Source of the DNA: Candidatus Sherwoodlollariibacterium unditelluris
GTDB taxonomy: Bacteria > Omnitrophota > Gorgyraeia > Gygaellales > Profunditerraquicolaceae
Reading direction: 5' to 3'
DNA length: 46,584 bases
Assembly (NCBI GenBank): GCA_002771995.1
Contig: PCRK01000006.1
Location: forward strand, 6,687-53,270
Positions 1-7,648 of the stretch are shown piece after piece. Positions within the stretch are counted from its first letter, which is position 1, and the number at the start of each line of letters is the position of its first letter. Position numbers and translations under genes: made by a program. Under the pieces are notes generated by a model that saw nothing but the letters and a program-made list of their open reading frames with translations, was not told the origin of the DNA and searched no databases.

Positions 1-98
1 ACCTTACCCCAGATGTATTCATCCAATATCAGGTCACCGATAACCAATACCCGGGGCTGATTTAATTTCTGGGCTATTAATTTTAATTTATTTTTCAT
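1..98 (-). CDS. N-terminal fragment of a PfkB-type sugar kinase, likely D-glycero-beta-D-manno-heptose-7-phosphate kinase (RfaE/HldE domain I); the gene runs off the left edge
   Basis: My own translation from the ATG at 98..96 gives MKNKLKLIAQKLNQPRVLVIGDLILDEYIWGK. The VLVIGDxxLDxY motif is typical of RfaE domain I. Context is heptosyltransferase genes. Confidence 0.55.
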   Translation of the reverse strand, partial: MKNKLKLIAQKLNQPRVLVIGDLILDEYIWGK

Positions 99-103
99 CT
101 CTC

Positions 104-1090
104 TCATATGCGTTCAATTACAGCCTGTGCTAACAAAGGCAGTATTATTTCATGATGCCCGATAATATAATAACCTCTTCCCCCTGAGGCAACCGGCCTC
201 AAGGCTACATTTTGCGCTGGCCGGTATTGATAAATCATATCAAAGGCCGCAGCAGTAAAGTCCTTGACCTTGGTCCCTAAATTACGCGCCATATTGAGCG
301 CCTTTAAAAACACTTCCGGCAAGATTACCGCTGAGCCAAAATTTAAAACCACCCCGCCATTATTTAACTGACAAACTTCTTCTACAAGTTGATGAAAATC
401 CCTTAAACTGCCTTCGCCGGTAAGCGCGGCATCAAAAGAGGAATGCTGGTGGATAATATCTGTCCCGATAGCTACAAATACACAAATCGGCACTTTATAT
501 TTAGCGGCATTGTAAAGCAAGCTTAAATGTTTATAGCGTAATTTAGAAGCAGCAATTTTAGCGGCGATGGCCCCGCCTAAACCCAAACCTTGCTGCACGC
601 CTTCTTTTACCGCGTGGTTAAGAAATTCTGCGGTCTCTCTGCCCATTCCGAATCTGCCGGTTTTTAAATTCTCTCCTACATCTTCGGAGGTCTTACCTTG
701 AAAAGCAATCTCAAAATCATGGATCATGCCTGCACCGTTTAGACATATACAGGTAATCACCTTCTTTTTTATGAGCTCAATTAATACCGGGTTTAGTCCG
801 CACTTAATCACATGCGCCCCGGCCATAAAAATAACCGCTTTGCCTTTCTCGCGGGCTCGGATTAAATCCCTCACAACCAGCCGTAAATCTTTGGCTTTTA
901 AAATATTAGGCAAGGAGTCATAGAAATCAGCGAAGCTTATTTTTTTGGCCGGCGCCTTGGCAAAATCTCCTACGTTCACCTTGCTAAAACGCGCCTTAAT
1001 CGAATATGTCTTTACCCTGTTAGAAATTCTGTTTTCTTCCTTTGGAACTTTGATATTTCTAACGGGGTTTATCTTGTTTAAATTAATCAT
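104..1090 (-). CDS. Deoxyhypusine-synthase-like (DHS-like NAD-binding fold) family protein, function unknown
   Basis: 328-aa ORF. Segments FMAGAHVIKCGL..VITCICLNGAGMIHDFE and KVPICVFVAIGTDIIHQH resemble DHS family blocks. Assigned from memory of the family, not from a search. Confidence 0.5.
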   Translation of the reverse strand: MINLNKINPVRNIKVPKEENRISNRVKTYSIKARFSKVNVGDFAKAPAKKISFADFYDSLPNILKAKDLRLVVRDLIRAREKGKAVIFMAGAHVIKCGLNPVLIELIKKKVITCICLNGAGMIHDFEIAFQGKTSEDVGENLKTGRFGMGRETAEFLNHAVKEGVQQGLGLGGAIAAKIAASKLRYKHLSLLYNAAKYKVPICVFVAIGTDIIHQHSSFDAALTGEGSLRDFHQLVEEVCQLNNGGVVLNFGSAVILPEVFLKALNMARNLGTKVKDFTAAAFDMIYQYRPAQNVALRPVASGGRGYYIIGHHEIILPLLAQAVIERI

Positions 1091-1237
1091 CTGAATTTAT
1101 AATTTTAGCATAAATTCTCATTAAATCAACCTTAAAATTAAGTGTCGATTTTCCCCACCGAGGAAAACCTCGCTCGGAGAAGCTGCCCCTGCCTGCCCCG
1201 CCATAGGCGAGGCAGGCAGGGACCCGTAAAAACTCTG

Positions 1238-3298
1238 TTAACTTTTCAAAACCTCATCCGCCGCAGAGACAACATCATCTACACTTATCGCCTTCAAACA
1301 GGCGAATCCTTTAACACAATTGTGCGCCAGGCATTCAATACAACCGACTTCTTTATGCAGGACTTTATCTTTTAGCCCTACCGGACCCCAACGCTTGGGG
1401 CTTAAACCTTTCTGGTTCCTGCCAAATATAGAAATTACCGGCGTTCCTACGCTAGAAGAAATATGCACGGGACCGGAATCATTAGAGATAAAAAGACGGC
1501 ATCTTTTTAACAAGCTGGCTAATTGGGATATAGAGGTCCTCCCTGCTAAAGAAATAACAGAGCTACGCATATTCTTAATTACACCTTCAGCAAGCGCGAG
1601 ATCTTTTGGCCCGGAGACTAGCAAAACTTTAAATCCGTATTTTTTAACTAATTCATCCGCGGCCTGCGCAAAACGCTCTAATGGCCAAATTTTGGAAGGG
1701 CAGCTGGCGCTGGGATTTATAGCCAGTAATTTATCCCCCAGCCTTATCCCTTCCTGCTTGAATAAATCATCTACCCACTCGTCAGATTCTTTTTTGATGG
1801 GCATAAAAAGGTTCTTGGTTTTAACCTCTATGCCTAAATATTTTAATAAATCCAAGTTATATTCTAATTCATGTTTTTCTCCGAGCTGCTTAGTATGCGT
1901 AATTCTGTCCGTAAGCAAAAATCCTAATTTACGGCCATAGCCAACTCTTCTCTTTATGCCGGCTAAATAAGTAATTAAATGCACCCGGTTTGTAGGATGC
2001 AAGATTATAGCCAGCTCAAACTTTCTCTTACTTAAATTCCGGGCGAACTTTATTGACCTTGCCCAGCTCTTATGTTTTCCATCTTTATCATAAATAATAA
2101 CCTCATCCAGATAAGGGTTACCTTCGACGATTTCTTTAGTGTAAGGAGAAACCATCATCGCAATAAAAGCCTGCGGATAATTTTGACGCACAGCCTTAAT
2201 CACCGGCGTGGATAAAAGCACATCTCCAATCCTATCAGTGCGCACAATAAGGATACGTTTAAAATTATCGCGCGCTTGTTGTTTTATTGATAGTTCTCCT
2301 CTTAATATTTCTTTGGCCTTTTTTAAGACTTCCTCTGCTTTTATTAAATGCATACAATCTATAGTGCCAAAACGGCATTGCGCCTCATGGCACCGACGGC
2401 AAAATATCTCCCTAGAAACAACCACGCTGTTATTTTTAGACCAGGGGCCATATTTATTTTCATCGCTGGCTCCAAATAATGCCAGTATAGGCGCATCCAT
2501 ATAGCTGGATAGTTGTAAAACTCCCGTATCGCAAACGATCACTAAAGATGATACCTTGATTAGATAAGCCAACTGCAAGAGAGTGGTTAACCCGGTAAAA
2601 TCAAAAACTTTGCCGTTAGAATGATCGCATATGTATTTACTAATGCCTTTATCAGAATCCCTTCCCACCAGAATCACTCTAAAATCCCTGCTTAATTCTC
2701 CGGCGACTTGCGCAAATTTTTCTCTTTCCCAACGGCGGTTTACGCCACCAGCAGCTGCGGCGATAATAACAATCCTCTCTCCCGCCCTGATATTATTTTT
2801 TTCTAAGAGCCGGCCTACGTAATCTTTGTTATCTTGACTGATAAATAAGGATTTCGTTACTACATCAAAAGATGAATTTTGCAAATTTAGCGCCTTTTGT
2901 AATCTATATAAATTCCGCTCCTTTACATGCCGGATATAAGAAGGAATATGCAAAAATGGCGAAGTTCTAAATCGCGCAAGTAGCAATGCGCCAAATAAAG
3001 TATTACGTAAATCGATTACTATATTGAAGCGCTCTTTTTTAAGCGCAAAGAATAACTTCATCTTTTCTCGCAAAGGCGCATATTTATCATAGATAATAAG
3101 TTTATCTATTGAGGGATTATCTTCAAAAACTTCTTTTGGCCGTACACCCACCATAACCGTAATTTTGGCCGCTGGAAATTTTTCCCTTAAAGAATCCAAC
3201 ACCGGCAGGGTAAGGACTACATCGCCTACGTTGCTGAGAGTAATAAAGAGAATTTTGTTTATTGAGTTTCTTGGGTTCATTGAGTTTCTTGGGTTCAT
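1238..3298 (-). CDS. Tandem GT9-GT9 fusion glycosyltransferase (two heptosyltransferase-like domains)
   Basis: Two GT9 N-terminal signatures: ILFITLSNVGDVVLTLPVL and ILIVRTDRIGDVLLSTPVI. Each is followed by a GDSGPxH-like C-terminal motif (VCDTGVLQL, NDSGPVHI). The start may be the second ATG at 3280 because of an 18-bp tandem duplication. Confidence 0.85.
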   Translation of the reverse strand: MNPRNSMNPRNSINKILFITLSNVGDVVLTLPVLDSLREKFPAAKITVMVGVRPKEVFEDNPSIDKLIIYDKYAPLREKMKLFFALKKERFNIVIDLRNTLFGALLLARFRTSPFLHIPSYIRHVKERNLYRLQKALNLQNSSFDVVTKSLFISQDNKDYVGRLLEKNNIRAGERIVIIAAAAGGVNRRWEREKFAQVAGELSRDFRVILVGRDSDKGISKYICDHSNGKVFDFTGLTTLLQLAYLIKVSSLVIVCDTGVLQLSSYMDAPILALFGASDENKYGPWSKNNSVVVSREIFCRRCHEAQCRFGTIDCMHLIKAEEVLKKAKEILRGELSIKQQARDNFKRILIVRTDRIGDVLLSTPVIKAVRQNYPQAFIAMMVSPYTKEIVEGNPYLDEVIIYDKDGKHKSWARSIKFARNLSKRKFELAIILHPTNRVHLITYLAGIKRRVGYGRKLGFLLTDRITHTKQLGEKHELEYNLDLLKYLGIEVKTKNLFMPIKKESDEWVDDLFKQEGIRLGDKLLAINPSASCPSKIWPLERFAQAADELVKKYGFKVLLVSGPKDLALAEGVIKNMRSSVISLAGRTSISQLASLLKRCRLFISNDSGPVHISSSVGTPVISIFGRNQKGLSPKRWGPVGLKDKVLHKEVGCIECLAHNCVKGFACLKAISVDDVVSAADEVLKS

Positions 3299-3304
3299 TG
3301 AGTT
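3263..3304. repeat. 18-bp tandem duplication (2.3 copies) spanning a stop/start overlap
   Basis: TGAGTTTCTTGGGTTCAT occurs at 3263-80 and 3281-98, followed by a partial TGAGTT. On the minus strand each unit carries CAATGAACC (stop TGA plus ATG). Confidence 0.9.
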
Positions 3305-4320
3305 TTTATTTCTTTTAGAACATCGTTAGGAGTAATTGCCTTCATACAGCGGTTATCTTTACATTTTACTTCATAACAGGGGATTACACAGCCCACATTT
3401 TTCTGCAGAATTATCACGTTCTCTAAAGGATAGGGCCCGGTAATCTTAGGAGAAGTCGGCCCAAAAATAGCAATTATCTTTTTCGCGCCTACGCTGTTAG
3501 CGATATGCAGAGGCCCGGTATCGACAGTAATAAAGATGCCCGCCTCTTTAATTAAGGCGCCTAACTGCTTTAAATTAAATACCCCACAGGCAATTATAGG
3601 CTTAAACTTCATTCTTGACTTAATCTCACTAGTTAAAGAGAGGTCATTATACCCCCCGGTAACCACCACCTTAGCCCCAAACCCTTCTATCAATTTATCC
3701 GCTAACTCTGCCCAATATTCTTTTGGCCAGCGTTTAGGGAGCCAATTCCCTCCGGGGTTTATCACTACCAATAAATCTTTATTGGAAACTAAATTCTTGT
3801 TTAAGAATTCCCGCGCAAATTTAATATCCTCGTCTGTAATGTAAAACTCCGTATATCTATCCTCAACTTTAAGCCCTGCCTTTTTTATAATATCCAAGTA
3901 ATAATCTATGCGATGTAAAGAATCTTTAGGGGGAGGTATAATTTTGCGAGTCAGCAGAAAACCCCTCTTTCTGGTATAGTAGCCTATTCTCTCGGGTATC
4001 CCGGCAAGGCGGCAGATAAGCGCGCGGCTAAAAGAACGATGCAAAAGAAATACAATATCAAAACTCCTCCCCCTTAGGCTGCGCACAAAATCAAAGCGCT
4101 CTAATATACCCTTATGCCGATCTTTCTCATCAAATATAATGAGCTCATCTAGATTAGGATTGCCTTTTAATATGGGATAACAACGGCTGGGGACAATACA
4201 GGCGATAAAACTATCGGGAAAATTACGGCGGATATTGCGTATCGTAGCCGTAGAAAATAAAACATCCCCCAGCCAGTTGACATTAAAAATAAGTATCCTT
4301 TTATTACCCTGCTCTCTCAT
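3295..4320 (-). CDS. GT9 family LPS heptosyltransferase
   Basis: ILIFNVNWLGDVLFSTATIRNIR and VDTGPLHIA motifs. Size is 341 aa. Its stop overlaps the next start in an ATGA arrangement. Confidence 0.9.
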   Translation of the reverse strand: MREQGNKRILIFNVNWLGDVLFSTATIRNIRRNFPDSFIACIVPSRCYPILKGNPNLDELIIFDEKDRHKGILERFDFVRSLRGRSFDIVFLLHRSFSRALICRLAGIPERIGYYTRKRGFLLTRKIIPPPKDSLHRIDYYLDIIKKAGLKVEDRYTEFYITDEDIKFAREFLNKNLVSNKDLLVVINPGGNWLPKRWPKEYWAELADKLIEGFGAKVVVTGGYNDLSLTSEIKSRMKFKPIIACGVFNLKQLGALIKEAGIFITVDTGPLHIANSVGAKKIIAIFGPTSPKITGPYPLENVIILQKNVGCVIPCYEVKCKDNRCMKAITPNDVLKEIKTQ

Positions 4321-5410
4321 TGATCACTTCCTGATACACCCTTTCGGTTTCTAAAACCATTTTATCCTTGGAAAAATTATCTTTTATAAATTCCTCGGCC
4401 CCTTTGGCTAAGGCCTCTCTTTTTTTCGGGTCAGCGAGCAATGTAATAATTGCTTCTTTTAATCCTTCTGTATCTCTAGGTTCAAATAATAACCCATTCT
4501 TGCCTTCCGTTATTAATGTCTTAATTCCCCCTACGCGTGATCCGATAACCGCAAGGCCTGAGGCCATTGCCTCCATAAGCGCCAAGCCTAAGCCTTCTTT
4601 TAATGAAGGCATAACAAATATGTCCATTGCCGGTAAAATTTCCCTTGTATCATAGGCCTCAGGTATAAAAAAAACACTCTTTTCAATGTTAAAACTCTCG
4701 GTTAATCTTTTTAGCTCTTTTTCCATTTTGCCTTCTCCGACAATAAGCAACTGGGCCTCAGGATAAATTGCTAAAATTGATTTCATCGCCCCAATAAGAT
4801 ACTTATGCCCTTTAACATCCGAGAGACGGGCCACAATCCCCACAACCGGGCCAGATTTTAAGCCCAGTTTAAGCTTAGCTTTTTCTCTATCGGCTGCGGA
4901 AAATCGTTTGAATCTATCCATATCAATACCGTTATGCACTAAAATTATCTTGGAGGGGTTTAATTTAAAATCATTAATCAGATGCTCTTTTACCTGCTCG
5001 CTTATAGCAATTACTCTCTCACCCCAGCACGGGAAAATCCTACGGGCCAATCGCCTTTTAAAGAAACCGTGACAGGTAGAAATATGTTTTACGCCGGTAA
5101 ACTTATGCAACAAACACCCTAACACCTGCGTAGTCCGGCTATGTGAATGCACGATATCAATTTCGTTATCTTTAATTATCTTAGATAATTTAAACGCGCC
5201 TAATATTATTTTAGGGCTTAATTCATTCTTAGTCTTTATGGGTATGGGGATATGCCCTATCCCTAATTCCTTAAATTTAGGCAGGAGCCCTCCGCCGCCC
5301 GATGCGATAAATACGCTATGCCCTCTTTGCTTTAGGCCGCAGGATAAGTTTAATATATAACTGGTAATCCCTCCGATATTAAGATGATTGACGAGAAAAA
5401 GTATTTTCAC
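4304..5410 (-). CDS. GT4 family glycosyltransferase
   Basis: GT4 architecture with an EGLGLALMEAMASGLAVIGSRVGG (E-x7-E region) motif. The GTG start is supplied by the junction element. Confidence 0.9.
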   Translation of the reverse strand: MKILFLVNHLNIGGITSYILNLSCGLKQRGHSVFIASGGGGLLPKFKELGIGHIPIPIKTKNELSPKIILGAFKLSKIIKDNEIDIVHSHSRTTQVLGCLLHKFTGVKHISTCHGFFKRRLARRIFPCWGERVIAISEQVKEHLINDFKLNPSKIILVHNGIDMDRFKRFSAADREKAKLKLGLKSGPVVGIVARLSDVKGHKYLIGAMKSILAIYPEAQLLIVGEGKMEKELKRLTESFNIEKSVFFIPEAYDTREILPAMDIFVMPSLKEGLGLALMEAMASGLAVIGSRVGGIKTLITEGKNGLLFEPRDTEGLKEAIITLLADPKKREALAKGAEEFIKDNFSKDKMVLETERVYQEVINERAG

Positions 5411-5486
5411 CCCGCACCTTCCCCCTTATTCAGTTACCTAAAGTCCCGCGCCTTCTTAACTGCTTGAATACAAAAAAGGTGCGGGG
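5410..5486 (-). mobile_element. Stop/start junction element copy 1 (MITE/REPIN-like)
   Basis: Inverted ends CCCCGCACCTT / AAGGTGCGGGG. Flanked by TTCA (plus strand) at 5406-09 and 5487-90. The terminal G plus the flanking TG forms the GTG start of the GT4 gene. Confidence 0.7.
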
Positions 5487-5487
5487 T

Positions 5488-7575
5488 TCATTTTAAGAAT
5501 TTATCTATTGCCTGGAGTACTTCTTCAACAGTAATCATATTCATACATCTCCTATGCCTACATTTCGGTTTATAGCACGGGCTGCAAGGTAGTTCCTTGC
5601 GTATAATCACAAAGTCTTTGGCCGGAGGCATGTGCCTTATAGGCTCTGTAGGGCCAAAAAGAGCGATAATAGGAGTTTTGACTGCCGCGGCAATATGCAA
5701 AGGCGAAGAATCAGCAGAGATATAAACCGCACAGCGCTTAATCAAACAAACTAACTGATTAACCGTGGTCTTTGCGCAAGCATTAATTATCTTGGTATTC
5801 TTTACCATTTTAATAAGCGTATTGGCATCTAAAAGGTCGCCCTGAGTACCTGTTATTACTACGCGTATGTTTCTTAAACCAAGCTCATCGCAAAGCTTGG
5901 CAATGCGCTCCTTAGGCCAACATTTAGTTATCCATCTTTTGCTGGCGTTTATATTTATCCCGACAACTTTCTGGCCGTCGCTTAACCACTGCGTATTTAA
6001 TAAATTCTCCACATATTCTTCATCATCAGAAGAAGGCCACAATTCCAGATGATTATCTTTTAAATCTATGCCTAATAGCTTTAGCATCCTAAACTGATGT
6101 TCTACCGGGCCAATTTTTGGCTGGTCATCTTTTTGCCGGTGGTTAAGCAGAAAACCTAACTTTTTATTATCATACCCATAACGATTAAGGCTTAATGAGA
6201 GAAAAGAAAGGGCGTGGCTTAGGCGGCTATTCTGAAGGTCAACAACTAAATCAAAATTTTTCTTCCTTAGAATACGCGCGGCACCTAATAACCCTTTAAT
6301 CCCCTTATCTTTATTTTTAAGGTCAACCACCAAGAGTTTGTCTATATAAGGGCATCTCAACAACACATCTTTAGACTCTACGCCAACTAAAAGGCTTATT
6401 TCATAGTGCGGGAACTTCTCCCTTATTGCCCTAATCCCGGCGATAGAAAGAATAACATCTCCCAGCGAGCTTAATTTAATAATTAATAATTTAAAATTCT
6501 TCGTGGCATCCTCGTAAACCTTTAGGGTATTTTCTACCATAAGCTCTACGTTGTATTTTTCCCTCACCCTCGTAATAGCTGCTTCACTAAGATTAGAAGC
6601 TAACTGTGGGTCTCTAAATATTCTTAGCGCCGCCTCGGCCATACTACTAGGGTCAGCGGGAGGAACAAGAAGGCCATTCTTATTATTCTCAATGATATCT
6701 ACAACTCCACCCACTTCCGTAGCCACTACCGGCACCCCTGCTGCCTGCGCCTCTATAATTACCCTGCCAAAAGCTTCATGGGTAGTGGTTGAAAGCACCA
6801 GGAGGTCCAGATGCGATAAGATTTCCGGAATATTCTTTTGCGTCCCTAGAAATTCCGTGCAGTGGTCAAGGCCCAGCCTCCTGGTTAAAACATGCAGCTC
6901 CTCTTTATAGGCCTCGTGTGATTTTTGAGCATCTCCAACTACCCAGACTTTTAGGGAAGGGACTACCTTAGCAACTTTAGCCATCGCCTTAATAAAATAC
7001 AAGTGGCCTTTAATAGGCGTAATCCTGCTGATAATTCCGATATTAAACTCCCTGCCTCTTCTTTTGTCAGGCCGGGAGTACTTAAATTTCTCTAAGTCTA
7101 CGCTGCGCGGTATCAGCCTTATTCTCTCGTGCGGAACGGCAAAGGCTTCAATCATATGCCGGGCAATAACATTACTTAAGACAATCACTCTCTTTGCCCA
7201 ACCCATCACATAACTAAAGGGATGTTTTTTATAATAGCCATGGCAGGTAGTGATAAATACGGCATTAGTCCTGCGGCAGGCAAAATAAGCAATCCAAGCC
7301 GGCACGCGCGAACGCGCGTGCACGATATCTATCTCCTCTTTTTTTATAATCTCAACTAAAAGAGGGACCATTTTAACCATGGTGAAGATTGATTTCTTAT
7401 GCACGGGTAACTGGTAGTGCTTAGCGCCTACTGCCTCTAAATCCTTAACCAGTGTTCCGCCGGCAGAGACTACAACCGCTTTATGATTCAGGCGTACCAG
7501 ATACTTGGCTAAATCCAAAGTCCCGGTCTCTACCCCTCCGACATTTAATTCCGGTAAAATCTGCAGTATATTCAC
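5488..7575 (-). CDS. GT4-GT9 fusion glycosyltransferase
   Basis: The N-terminal half has the GT4 motif EAFGRVIIEAQAAGVPVVATEVGG. The C-terminal half has the GT9 motifs LLIIKLSSLGDVILS and ADSSPLHIA. The GTG start is supplied by the junction element. Confidence 0.85.
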   Translation of the reverse strand: MNILQILPELNVGGVETGTLDLAKYLVRLNHKAVVVSAGGTLVKDLEAVGAKHYQLPVHKKSIFTMVKMVPLLVEIIKKEEIDIVHARSRVPAWIAYFACRRTNAVFITTCHGYYKKHPFSYVMGWAKRVIVLSNVIARHMIEAFAVPHERIRLIPRSVDLEKFKYSRPDKRRGREFNIGIISRITPIKGHLYFIKAMAKVAKVVPSLKVWVVGDAQKSHEAYKEELHVLTRRLGLDHCTEFLGTQKNIPEILSHLDLLVLSTTTHEAFGRVIIEAQAAGVPVVATEVGGVVDIIENNKNGLLVPPADPSSMAEAALRIFRDPQLASNLSEAAITRVREKYNVELMVENTLKVYEDATKNFKLLIIKLSSLGDVILSIAGIRAIREKFPHYEISLLVGVESKDVLLRCPYIDKLLVVDLKNKDKGIKGLLGAARILRKKNFDLVVDLQNSRLSHALSFLSLSLNRYGYDNKKLGFLLNHRQKDDQPKIGPVEHQFRMLKLLGIDLKDNHLELWPSSDDEEYVENLLNTQWLSDGQKVVGININASKRWITKCWPKERIAKLCDELGLRNIRVVITGTQGDLLDANTLIKMVKNTKIINACAKTTVNQLVCLIKRCAVYISADSSPLHIAAAVKTPIIALFGPTEPIRHMPPAKDFVIIRKELPCSPCYKPKCRHRRCMNMITVEEVLQAIDKFLK

Positions 7576-7646
7576 CCCGCACCTTCTCTCTTAATTAAAT
7601 CTATAAACCATATGACTTTAATATTTAAATATTTAGAAGGTGCGGG
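7575..7646 (-). mobile_element. Stop/start junction element copy 2
   Basis: Same inverted ends. Flanking direct repeat ATTCA at 7570-74 and 7647-51. Supplies the SD and GTG of the GT4-GT9 gene. Confidence 0.7.
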
Positions 7647-7648
7647 AT

